Source of the DNA: an uncultured Actinomycetes bacterium
Lineage (GTDB): Bacteria; Actinomycetota; Thermoleophilia; UBA2241
DNA: 32,000 bases
Assembly (NCBI GenBank): GCA_963767005.1
Contig: CAVYCN010000004.1
Span: 441,301 to 473,300 of the forward strand
Reading direction: 5' to 3'
The position numbers and the translations under genes were made by a program. The notes beneath the pieces were generated by a model that did no database searches, had not been told where the DNA came from, and was given only the letters and a program-made list of their open reading frames with translations. Shown piece by piece: positions 7,391-15,545 of the stretch (positions are counted from its first letter, which is position 1; each line of letters starts with the position of its first letter).

Positions 7391-10372
7391 TCACCCGCTC
7401 ACGCGCACGGCGAGGATCTGCACGTCGTCGCGCAGCCCGTCGGCGTAGCGCTCCACCGCTGCGCCGACGCCCTGCGCCACGGCCTGCACATCGCCGTCGC
7501 GCAGCTCGTCCATGACGTCGAGCAGACGCCGTTCGCCGAACATCTCGCGGCGGCGGCGCGCCTCGGTCACGCCGTCGGTGTACAGCAGCAGGGTGTCGCC
7601 GGCGAGCAATGGGAGCTGGCGCACCGAGAAGCTCGCCGGAAAGGCGCCGAGCGGCGGGTGGAACGGCAGCTCGAGCAGCTCGGCGCGCGCCCCCCTGCGG
7701 ACGAGGACCGGTGGCGGATGGCCGGCGCTTGCCAGCACGGCCTGTCCGCGTGCGACGTCGACCGCGAGGAGCAAGGCGGTCACGAGCTGGCCGTGGCCCG
7801 GCTCGTGCAGCAGCAGGTCGTTGACGTGTCGAAGCACGTACTCGGGCGACGGGGTGATGAGCGTCAGCACACGCATGGCGCTGCGCACCGTCTCGGTCAT
7901 GCCGGCGGCGCCGATGCCCTTGCCTGTGACGTCGCCGATCAGCAGGGCCACAAGGCCTTTCCGGGCGACAAGCACGTCGTGAAAGTCGCCGCCCACGAGG
8001 TCGGGACGGTTGGCGGGGCGCGAGACAGCGGCCAGCTCGAGCCCCTCCACCCGGGGCATGGGGTGGATGAGGTGCGCCTGCAGCACGGTCGCGATATCGC
8101 GTTGGGTCTCGAAGAGACGGGCGTTCTCGAGGCCGGTCGTGGCCGCGGCCGCGATCGCTTCGAGCAGAGTGAGCTCGTCGGGCGCCACGTCGTGGACCCG
8201 CTTCCAGGCGGCGAACAGCGTGCCGATCGCGTTGCCGCCGGCCCGGAGCGGCAGGATGGCGAAGGCGCGCACGCCGGTCGCCTGCGCAGCGCGCCGCGAG
8301 GTCCTGGTCACCTCTTGGACCTGCGCGTCGGCGCCGACGCGCGGCTGGCCTGTCCTGAAGCAGATCGCCGTCTCGCGGTCGGCGCCGACCGGCATCGACC
8401 CCTCGACCTGGAGTCGACCGGAAGGGTCGAACGTGGCGACAGGCTCGAGCGACCTGCCGTTCGCGTCGGCCAGGCGGATCTGCACCTGATCGGCGTCGAG
8501 CAGGCGGCGGACCTCGTCGACCACCGCGCCGGCGGCTGTGGCGACGTCGAGCGACGCCGACGCCGACTCGGCCACCCTGCGCAGCACCTGGAGTTGCCTG
8601 CTGCGCCGTTCCTCGGCCTCGCGTGACGCGACCTCCGCCTCGAGCAGGCGGGCGTTGTCGAGGGCGAGCGAGACGGTGGCGCCGAGCTTGCGCCCGAAGT
8701 CCGTCTCGGCGGGGCTGAACGCACGCGGGGTCTTGCCGTAGGCGAGCAGGCAGCCGGTCACCTGTTCGCGGACCAGCAGCGGCACGCCGAGGACCGACCG
8801 CAGTCGGTGTTCGCGGACGAAGCCAACGTCGAAGGCGGAATCGTGCATGTCGGCGATCGCGAGGAGGCTCCTGGTCTCCTCGGCGCGCACGGCGATGGGT
8901 GCCACCTCGTCGGGCAGGAGCGCGCCGGTGGCCGACGGATCGAGGCCATACTGGTAACGGACCAGCCAGCCGCCGGCGGCGCGGATCTCGATGGCGCCGG
9001 CGTCGAGGCGCAGCGCACGCACGCCGGCGTCGAGGGCGCGCTGCATGATCTCGTCGGCGGTGAACGTGGCATGGACGAGCCGGTTGATCCCGTTGAGCGC
9101 CTCGCTCAGCCGCACCCGCTCGGCGAGCTCCGGGGTCTGCGAGCGCAGCTCATCGGCCTGGAGTCGCAGCTCCTCGCCCTGCGCCCGCTCGGCCGTGACG
9201 TCGGTGTGCAGCGCGAGGTTGGCGACGTGTGTGCCGGATTTGTCGTGCAGCGGGCTTGCGTTGAAGCGCGTCCAGAGAGTGCCGCCGTCGCTGCGGAGAA
9301 AGGCGAACTCGCCGGTCGCGATCTCGCCGCCGCCGAGCTTGTGGCGGAGCGCGTCGACGTCGCCGCGCCACTCCGGCGAGGCGAAGTCGGTGCTCGACTT
9401 GCCGAGGATCTCCTCGACGGGGTAGCCGAGCATCTCGGCCATGCGTGGATTGACGTAGGTGTACGCACCGTCGAGCCGGGCGATGGCGACGCCCTCGGCG
9501 GCCGTCTCGACGATCGTGCGGTATCGCTCCTCGCTATCCTGCAGGCGCCCGAGAAGCTCGTCGCGGTCGGCCTCACGCCGCTTGCGCGCACCGATCTCGA
9601 TGCTGAACTGGTTGATGCCGTGGACGGTCGGATAGAGGCGCTGCTCGAACCAGGTCTCGAGCGGCGGGAACCAGAACTCGTAGCGGCTCGCGATACCGAG
9701 GTGCATGGCGTCGAGCAGGCGCCGCTCGACGTCGGTCCCCACTATGTCGGGGAACAGGTCCCACAACGAGTGGCCCAGCAACTCGGCGGGCGTCAGGCCG
9801 GTCATCTCGCAGAAGCTGCGATTGACGTACAGGTGGTGGAACTCCCAATCGAGCGCCGCGAAGAGCTCGTCGATGTCCTCGAGGAACGTGGGTTGGCCCG
9901 ACGGGTCGAACGCGGGGATGGCGCTCGGCGCGGCGTCCGGCGCCGCGACCGCGTCGCGCTTGACCAGCCGCACCTGGAGGCCGCAGTCGCTGGACAGGGC
10001 GACCTCGTCGCAAAGCCGCGAGATCAGGAACAAGCCGCGGCCGTGGTCGAGGCTGGGGTCGGGCACTCGGTCGGGCGTGAAGGCAGCCACGTCGAAACCG
10101 TGGCCCGCATCCTTCACCGTGGCGATCACATGGCCGTCGTCGAAGCTCAGGGAGATCTCGATCTCGGCGCGAGAGCCGCTGTGGCGGATGGCGTTGGTGC
10201 AGGCTTCCTCGATGGCGAGCACGAGGTCGTGAACGGTGGCGGCCTCGGCGCAGTGCCCGCTCAGATACTCGCGCAGCCGTTCGCGGGCGCGCGCCAGATG
10301 GGCCGGGTCGGGAGCCAGGCGAAAGCGCAGCCGCGGCCCAACGTTCGTTCGTCTGGAGAAGCTGTCGGTCAC
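7391..10372 (-). CDS. Multidomain sensor: RsbW-like HATPase kinase module + 2 PAS + 2 GAF + PP2C/SpoIIE phosphatase
   Basis: GTG start. N-terminus has 'AIEEACTNAIRHSG', 'DAGHGF' and 'GRGLFLISRL' (anti-sigma-factor-type ATPase). PAS-like segment 'SEERYRTIVETAAEGVAIARLDG...'. Two GAF-like blocks. C-terminal 'GGDFHDV', 'IGDVTGKGIGAAGM' and 'LLLYTDGVTEARR' are PP2C/SpoIIE motifs. Confidence 0.9.
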   Translation of the reverse strand: MTDSFSRRTNVGPRLRFRLAPDPAHLARARERLREYLSGHCAEAATVHDLVLAIEEACTNAIRHSGSRAEIEISLSFDDGHVIATVKDAGHGFDVAAFTPDRVPDPSLDHGRGLFLISRLCDEVALSSDCGLQVRLVKRDAVAAPDAAPSAIPAFDPSGQPTFLEDIDELFAALDWEFHHLYVNRSFCEMTGLTPAELLGHSLWDLFPDIVGTDVERRLLDAMHLGIASRYEFWFPPLETWFEQRLYPTVHGINQFSIEIGARKRREADRDELLGRLQDSEERYRTIVETAAEGVAIARLDGAYTYVNPRMAEMLGYPVEEILGKSSTDFASPEWRGDVDALRHKLGGGEIATGEFAFLRSDGGTLWTRFNASPLHDKSGTHVANLALHTDVTAERAQGEELRLQADELRSQTPELAERVRLSEALNGINRLVHATFTADEIMQRALDAGVRALRLDAGAIEIRAAGGWLVRYQYGLDPSATGALLPDEVAPIAVRAEETRSLLAIADMHDSAFDVGFVREHRLRSVLGVPLLVREQVTGCLLAYGKTPRAFSPAETDFGRKLGATVSLALDNARLLEAEVASREAEERRSRQLQVLRRVAESASASLDVATAAGAVVDEVRRLLDADQVQIRLADANGRSLEPVATFDPSGRLQVEGSMPVGADRETAICFRTGQPRVGADAQVQEVTRTSRRAAQATGVRAFAILPLRAGGNAIGTLFAAWKRVHDVAPDELTLLEAIAAAATTGLENARLFETQRDIATVLQAHLIHPMPRVEGLELAAVSRPANRPDLVGGDFHDVLVARKGLVALLIGDVTGKGIGAAGMTETVRSAMRVLTLITPSPEYVLRHVNDLLLHEPGHGQLVTALLLAVDVARGQAVLASAGHPPPVLVRRGARAELLELPFHPPLGAFPASFSVRQLPLLAGDTLLLYTDGVTEARRRREMFGERRLLDVMDELRDGDVQAVAQGVGAAVERYADGLRDDVQILAVRVSG

Positions 10373-10440
10373 GCCTTGCCCGCTCGAGTGACGACCTTCG
10401 CGGTCAGCCTACTGCCGTCGGCGGAGAGTGACGACCGTTC

Positions 10441-10482
10441 GTCGTCGGCGGGGAGTCAGGCGTCGTCGGCGGGGAGTCAGGC
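10441..10482. repeat. Perfect tandem duplication of a 21-bp unit (gtcgtcggcggggagtcaggc)
   Basis: 10441-10461 and 10462-10482 are identical. A degenerate third copy lies around 10415-10440. The second copy runs into the pfkB-like stop codon and a 10-nt-arm hairpin (10473-10495). Confidence 0.8.
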
Positions 10483-11433
10483 GCCGGCGGCGCCTGACGT
10501 CAGCCGGCCGGCGCCGCTCGACCGGCGGGCGGTCTCGAGCTGCGCCAGCGTGGGGATGCCCGTGTTGCCGAGCCGGGTGGCCTTCAGCGCCGCCGCCCAG
10601 GCGGCGAGGTCGAAGCACTCGGGCACCGGCAGGCCGCGCGCCAGCGCCCAGGCGTAGGCGCCGTGGAAGGTGTCGCCGGCTCCGTTCGAGTCGACGGCGG
10701 CGACCGGCGCGGCATCCCAGCGCCCCCTGCACTCGGGTGCGTCGCCTGTGGCAAAGACTCCGCCCCTGGCGCCCTGGGTCACGCCGAACACCTTCCGGCA
10801 GGAGGTGCCCCACGACTCGGCCGCCGCCCGCTCCGCGGGGTGTCCCGTCAGCTTCAGCACGTACTTCTCGGGCGCTATCACATGGTCGGAGCGGCCCATC
10901 AGCCCTTCGGTCCACGGCCGCCCCGATCCGGTGTCCAGCACCGTGGTCACCCCACGTCGCCGGCATTCGTCGAGCGCCGCGTTCGCCAGGACGCCGTCGG
11001 TCGCGTCGAGCAGGGCGACGTCGACGCCGTCGAGGAACTCGGGAAGGCGCCGGGTCATGCGCTCGTCGGCCATCGGCTGGGGCAGCCAGATGATCGTCCG
11101 CGTCGCCTCTGCTCGCGCGACGATCACGGCCGAGTGCTGCGAGGGCTGGTCGTAGGCGACCCAGGTACACTCGACGCCCTCGGCCTCGAGCCCGGACTTG
11201 AGGACCTGAGCGTGGAGGTCGCTCCCGCAGGCAGCCAGCAGCCTGGCCGTGCCGCCGAGCCGGCGCGCGGCGACCGCGCCGCGGCCGGCCACGCCGCCCA
11301 CGACGGTCTGGTGGTCGAGCGCGCGGGTGACCGAGTCGGCCTGCGGATGGTCTTCGAGGACGTAGAGGTAGTCCACCGTCGCCATGCCGATCATCGCGAC
11401 AACGGGTGCGCGATCCAGTCGCGGTCCAGCCAC
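10477..11433 (-). CDS. PfkB-family carbohydrate kinase (ribokinase-like)
   Basis: 'VVAMIGMATVDYLY' is an N-terminal Gly-rich/substrate lid region. 'DSNGAGDTFHGAYAWALARG' is the PfkB signature-2 (GAGD) motif. Confidence 0.85.
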   Translation of the reverse strand: MAGPRLDRAPVVAMIGMATVDYLYVLEDHPQADSVTRALDHQTVVGGVAGRGAVAARRLGGTARLLAACGSDLHAQVLKSGLEAEGVECTWVAYDQPSQHSAVIVARAEATRTIIWLPQPMADERMTRRLPEFLDGVDVALLDATDGVLANAALDECRRRGVTTVLDTGSGRPWTEGLMGRSDHVIAPEKYVLKLTGHPAERAAAESWGTSCRKVFGVTQGARGGVFATGDAPECRGRWDAAPVAAVDSNGAGDTFHGAYAWALARGLPVPECFDLAAWAAALKATRLGNTGIPTLAQLETARRSSGAGRLTSGAAGA

Positions 11434-11558
11434 TCGCTACCTCCCTGCGTACCCGACGCCGCGGGCCTTTCGGGCTTCCTCTCTGCGCATCGGAGCTCGC
11501 CCCCCATCAGGATATCGCGGACGGCCCCGTCCTTGGTCTTGACCTTTGCGGCGGCTAG

Positions 11559-12195
11559 GCCGACTCTCACTCGGTGGTCGTCAGCACCGCATACTGGCGC
11601 AAGACGCTGGCGGGCTGGAAGGACGTCTTTGCGAAGTGTCTGGACGGCAGGGACCTCGAACACGTGGTCCACGCCAGCGTCTGCTTCGACTACCGCCAGG
11701 CGGCCGGCGGACTGTACGTGACCCAGGCGCTGACCGACATCATGCGCGAGGCGCCGGCTCACCCCCGGTTTCTGCAGTGGCTCGCGCGCCTGGGCTCGGA
11801 CATCGCCGCGTCCGTCGGGGGTTCCGGCACAAGCTCGACGCCGTCGTCGACATCAAGGACGGCGGCCTGCTGCCCATCCAGAACATGGCCCGCTACCACG
11901 CGCTGGCGCGCGGCGTCACCATCCAGGCGACGCTCGAGCGCCTGGCCGCCGTCTGCGGTTTGGACGCCGAGGGCGCCGAGTGCGACCGCACCCTGCGCGA
12001 GGCCTCTCTCACCATCAAGCAGCTCCAGCTCGGCCCCACGGTGAGGCTGTACGCGCGGGACGCGCGCCCGACAACACGCTCGACACGCGCGGGCTGCGAC
12101 CGCTCGTCGGCGCGAACCTGCAGGAGGCGCTGCGCGCGCTCGCAGCGGCGCAGGCCCACGTGCAGCGCGCCTCCGGAGGGCGGCGCGGGGTCTGA
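11559..12195 (+). pseudogene. 5'-truncated, doubly frameshifted remnant of a DUF294-type (cNMP/CBS/nucleotidyltransferase) protein, C-terminal substrate-binding domain only
   Basis: The sensible reading hops through three frames. Frame 0: 'YWRKTLAGWKDVF...FLQWLARLGSDIAA'. It shifts at the G5 run 11817-11821 to frame 2: 'FRHKLDAVVDIKDGGLLPIQNMARYHALARGVTIQATLERLAAV...LTIKQLQL'. It shifts again near 12030-12040 to frame 1: 'GRAPDNTLDTRGLRPLVGANLQEALRALAAAQAHV'. The N-terminal ~400 aa typical of the family are absent. Confidence 0.6.
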
Positions 12196-12233
12196 TCGGC
12201 GTGCCGGCCGACCCGTGTTTCGACTGCTTGCGC

Positions 12234-12605
12234 CTACTTCTTGCGGACGACCACGCTCACGCCCGGGCTCGTGAACCTGTAGCCGGCGGCCGTGTAGGTG
12301 GCGACGAAGCGCCACAAGCGGCCCCCATGAGACCGCCAGGTCCATCGGAAGGTGCCGGGGCTCGTCAGCCTCAGGCGGCGCAGCACGGTGAGCCAGCCGT
12401 GGAGACGACGGCTGAGGCAGACGGTCCGGGTCGCGGTCAGCGAGTTCGTGACCGCTCCGCCGATGACGACGGTCTTGCCCGCGACCACGCTGCTGCGTGA
12501 GACCCGCAGGCTGAGCGATGGTGCCGCCGGCGAACGGCGGCTCGATTGCGAGGCTCGAGCGTAGGCTCGCCTCAGGTTCAGCTGCCTCGATGGCCACACC
12601 CCCAC
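12234..12605 (-). pseudogene. Possible C-terminal Ig-like-domain fragment of a secreted protein
   Basis: Only the last ~90 aa look protein-like: 'SLSLRVSRSSVVAGKTVVIGGAVT...RTVCLSRR..GWLTV...GTFRWTW...FVATYTAAGYRFTSPGVSVVVRKK', a beta-sandwich-type pattern. There is no signal peptide or plausible N-terminus, and no room upstream before the next gene. Confidence 0.3.
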
Positions 12606-12634
12606 CGACGGCCGGAGGCGGCCCTCGGTCGTTG

Positions 12635-13360
12635 CTATCGGGACGGCGGCGCTTCGAATCTCGTCGTCAACGACGTCCCCGCCATGCCCTCGAGGAGCCT
12701 GTCGTAGTCGTAGGGCACACGCACGAATTCGGCCAACGTCTCGCCGGTTTCAAGCCTCTCGGGTTGGACGATGGCGTAACACACACGCCAATCGCCGTCT
12801 TTGGGGCGCCCGCCGCTGCCGACGTTGATGAAGGCCGTGCCGCCGACCTCGCGGACGTAGGGGATGTGGGTGTGGCCAAAGATGATCGCCCGGTAGGGGT
12901 CTGCCTCGGCGAGACGGGCAAGGCTCGTCTCGGGGCGGTCCTCGAAAAGGTACTCATTGATACGCCGCGGACTGCCGTGCACGGCGAGCAGCTCGCCGGC
13001 GGGCGTCTCGAGCACGAAACGATCTTCGAGCGTACGCAGGTAGGCGCGCGTCTCGGGGCTCGTCGCTTGCTCTGTCCAGGCCAGAGAGGCGGCGCCTTCG
13101 GCGCGCTGCTCGTCGGTCTTGTAGGCGCAGCCACAGTCGCCGGTCTCAAATCCGACCCCCTGGTCGTAGTTGCCCATCACGGTGGGGATGGCGCGCTCGC
13201 GCAGAAGCTGGGAGACCTCGTTGGGGAAGGGACCGTAGCCTACGAGGTCACCCAGGCAGAGCACATCGGGCACACCTCGTTGCTGGACATCGTCGAGGAT
13301 GGCCTCGAGGGCGGGGAGGTTGCCGTGCACGTCTGAGAACACCGCGATCGGCCCGTTCAT
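12635..13360 (-). CDS. Calcineurin-like metallophosphoesterase (YfcE/MJ0936-like)
   Basis: 'IAVFSDVHGN', 'CLGDLVGYG', 'VMGNYD' and 'IFGHTHIPY' are canonical MPE metal-binding motifs. I prefer ATG 13360 ('MNGPIAVF') over the track start 13468, which would overlap arsC. Confidence 0.85.
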   Translation of the reverse strand: MNGPIAVFSDVHGNLPALEAILDDVQQRGVPDVLCLGDLVGYGPFPNEVSQLLRERAIPTVMGNYDQGVGFETGDCGCAYKTDEQRAEGAASLAWTEQATSPETRAYLRTLEDRFVLETPAGELLAVHGSPRRINEYLFEDRPETSLARLAEADPYRAIIFGHTHIPYVREVGGTAFINVGSGGRPKDGDWRVCYAIVQPERLETGETLAEFVRVPYDYDRLLEGMAGTSLTTRFEAPPSR

Positions 13361-13382
13361 CGTGAGGCGCTTCACGGCGTAC

Positions 13383-13817
13383 TCACCGCGCGGCAAGCTC
13401 GTCGAGCCATTCGCGGATACGCATCTCGATGGCGTCGCGGACCTCTCGATAGACCGGCAGGCGCTCATCGGGGTCGCCCTGGACGGCGTCCGGGTCGGGA
13501 AACGGCCAGTGCAGCCTCGTGCCCATACCGGGGAACGTCTTGGGACACTCGCGGTTCGCTCGCTCGCAGACCGTGATCACAAAGCCGAAGTGGACTTTGC
13601 CGAGGAACTCGGAGAGGTCCTTGGCGCGCGCGCCGCTGATGTCGATGCCGCGCTCAGCCATGGCCTCGATGGCAAGGGGGTCGACGGTGGTGGCCTCCAG
13701 GCCGGCACTGAACGCCTCGAAGCGATCCGGCGCCAGCTCACGCAGGAACGCCTCGGCCATCTGACTGCGGCAACTGTTGTGGACGCACATGAACAGCACC
13801 CTGGTCTTGTTGTCCAA
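13383..13817 (-). CDS. arsC: Arsenate reductase, LMW-PTP (thioredoxin-coupled) type
   Basis: 'VLFMCVHNSCRSQMAEAF' is a CX5R P-loop. The downstream Cys pair in 'VITVCERANRECP' matches the Cys82/Cys89-type relay of Bacillus/Staphylococcus ArsC. Confidence 0.9.
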   Translation of the reverse strand: MDNKTRVLFMCVHNSCRSQMAEAFLRELAPDRFEAFSAGLEATTVDPLAIEAMAERGIDISGARAKDLSEFLGKVHFGFVITVCERANRECPKTFPGMGTRLHWPFPDPDAVQGDPDERLPVYREVRDAIEMRIREWLDELAAR

Positions 13818-13887
13818 ACCGACTCCTCCTCGGCGAGTTGATATCGCAGGCTACCCGGCCTGTGTCAGGAAACGATGAACTCGCCAA

Positions 13888-13930
13888 TCATAAACACACG
13901 TTGACCATAAATGGAAGTGTATGTGATAAT
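13888..13930 (+). promoter_or_regulatory. Divergent ars promoter region: TTGACC-18-(TGt)GATAAT with an overlapping imperfect inverted repeat
   Basis: TTGACC at 13901-13906 and GATAAT at 13925-13930, preceded by TGT (extended -10-like). The imperfect IR tcataaacacac (13888-13899) / gtgtatgtga (13917-13926) brackets the promoter and is a candidate ArsR operator. This is an AT-rich patch in an otherwise GC-rich window. Confidence 0.4.
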
Positions 13931-13971
13931 CGGGGAGGTCAAACCGCTTGGATCTCAGGAGAAGACACCGC

Positions 13972-15162
13972 ATGGCGACCATGCCTAGGAAGCGCCTCTC
14001 GTTCCTCGATCGCTATCTCACCGCCTGGATCTTCCTGGCGATGGCGCTCGGCGTGTTTTTGGGCTGGACCTTTGCCGGCGTGCCCGCCTTCATCGATCGC
14101 TTCAAAGCGGGCACGACCAACATCCCCATCGCCTTCGGCCTGATCGTGATGATGTATCCGCCGCTTGCCAGGGTGCGCTACGAGGAGCTCGGCGACGTCT
14201 TTCGCGATTACAAGGTCCTCGGTCTCTCGCTCGTGCAGAACTGGGTGATTGGCCCGTTCCTCATGTTCTTCCTGGCGATCATCTTCCTGCACAACTACCC
14301 GCAGTTCATGGTGGGCCTCATCATGATCGGCCTGGCGCGCTGCATCGCCATGGTGATCGTCTGGAACCAGCTCGCCGACGGTGACACCGAGTACGCAGCC
14401 GGGCTGGTGGCTTTCAACGCGGTCTTCCAGGTGCTCTTCTACAGCCTCTTCGCCTGGGTCTTCGTGACCAGGCTGCCGCCGCTGTTCGGCCTGCACGGAG
14501 CCGCAGTCAACGTCTCGATCGGTCAGATCGCGAAGAGCGTCTTCATCTACCTCGGCATCCCGTTCCTGGCCGGCATGCTCACCCGCTACCTCGGGCTCAA
14601 GTACAAGGGCCGCCGCTGGTACGAGGAGACGTTCATACCGCGCATCAGCCCGCTGACACTGATCGCTCTGCTGTTCACGATCGTCGTCATGTTCAGCCTC
14701 AAGGGCCATCTCATCGTCAAGCTGCCGCTCGACGTCGTGCGCATCGCCATCCCGCTGCTCATCTACTTCGTCGTCATGTTCTTCGTGAGCTTCTACCTGG
14801 GCCGCAAGATCGGCGCCGACTACTCGAAGACCGCGACCCTGTCGTTCACGGCGGCCAGCAACAACTTCGAGCTCGCCATCGCCGTGAGCATCGCCGTGTT
14901 CGGGATCGGTTCGGGGGTGGCGTTTGCCGCCGTGATCGGGCCGCTTGTCGAAGTGCCGGTCATGATCGGCCTGGTCAACGTCGCCCTCTGGATGGGGCGC
15001 CGCTACTGGGCCCTGAGCGACGAACCCGTGCCGGCTGCGGTGGTCGCCGGCGTCGAGGAGGTCGCCTGCGACCCACCGAAGGAGCATGATCGCCCTGCCG
15101 TTCAGGCGTCCACAGATCCGCCCGCACAGCCTCGGCCCACAGCCAACCCGGAGGCGAGATGA
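13972..15162 (+). CDS. acr3: ACR3-family arsenite efflux permease
   Basis: '[21 protein letters not shown]' is a typical ACR3 N-terminus, with about 10 TM helices including '[14 protein letters not shown]'. ATG 13972 follows AGGAGA; the track alternative is TTG 13948. The C-terminal ~45 aa are a Pro/Ala-rich tail. Confidence 0.9.
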   Translation: MATMPRKRLSFLDRYLTAWIFLAMALGVFLGWTFAGVPAFIDRFKAGTTNIPIAFGLIVMMYPPLARVRYEELGDVFRDYKVLGLSLVQNWVIGPFLMFFLAIIFLHNYPQFMVGLIMIGLARCIAMVIVWNQLADGDTEYAAGLVAFNAVFQVLFYSLFAWVFVTRLPPLFGLHGAAVNVSIGQIAKSVFIYLGIPFLAGMLTRYLGLKYKGRRWYEETFIPRISPLTLIALLFTIVVMFSLKGHLIVKLPLDVVRIAIPLLIYFVVMFFVSFYLGRKIGADYSKTATLSFTAASNNFELAIAVSIAVFGIGSGVAFAAVIGPLVEVPVMIGLVNVALWMGRRYWALSDEPVPAAVVAGVEEVACDPPKEHDRPAVQASTDPPAQPRPTANPEAR

Positions 15163-15545
15163 AAGTCGTCAGAGAGCCCGTGGCGCCCGACAGCCTTGTC
15201 GATGTGGTGCCGTTCTTCAAAGTGTTCTGTAACTCGACCCGTGCCCAGATCATCGACTTTCTGCTGAGAGGCGAACGCTGTGTCTGCGAGATGACCGGGC
15301 CGCTCGACCAGAGTCAGCCCCTGGTCTCCCATCACCTCGCCCTGCTGCGTGACGCCGGCATTGTGCGCATGCGCAGCGAGGGTGCGCGCACCTACTACTC
15401 CATCGACTGGGAGCGGTTCGACGGCGAGCTCAAGGGCTTCCTCGATTACGTCGGTCAGCGGCGCAGCGCACCGCACGACGCCGACGCCACGCGCAGCGCC
15501 TGTGCGGTAGCCGCCAAGCCGGCGAAGAAGCGCAACGCCTCATGA
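15159..15545 (+). CDS. arsR: ArsR/SmtB-family As(III)-responsive repressor
   Basis: An ATGA overlap joins it to the acr3 stop. The winged-HTH '[45 protein letters not shown]' contains the CVC metalloid-binding motif at the same position as 'ELCVCDL' in R773 ArsR. Confidence 0.9.
   Translation: MKVVREPVAPDSLVDVVPFFKVFCNSTRAQIIDFLLRGERCVCEMTGPLDQSQPLVSHHLALLRDAGIVRMRSEGARTYYSIDWERFDGELKGFLDYVGQRRSAPHDADATRSACAVAAKPAKKRNAS

Noticed and set aside
10415-10482. Tandem 21-bp repeats considered as a mini CRISPR array or a coding repeat.
   Set aside because: There are only two perfect copies with no intervening spacers and no cas genes. Translations of the region in all frames are Arg-rich shadow text.
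12641-12670. 'gcttcgaatctcg' resembles the tRNA-Glu T-loop region ('ggaattcgaatccgtg'); considered as an att-site repeat for an island bounded by the tRNA.
   Set aside because: Only an 8-mer (ttcgaatc) is shared, which is expected by chance in 32 kb on two strands. It also lies inside the metallophosphoesterase coding region.
13888-13926. Inverted repeat tcataaacacac / gtgtatgtga as a defined ArsR operator.
   Set aside because: The arms match only partially (core ACAC/GTGT plus scattered matches). It is kept only as a low-confidence regulatory candidate, not as a finding in its own right.
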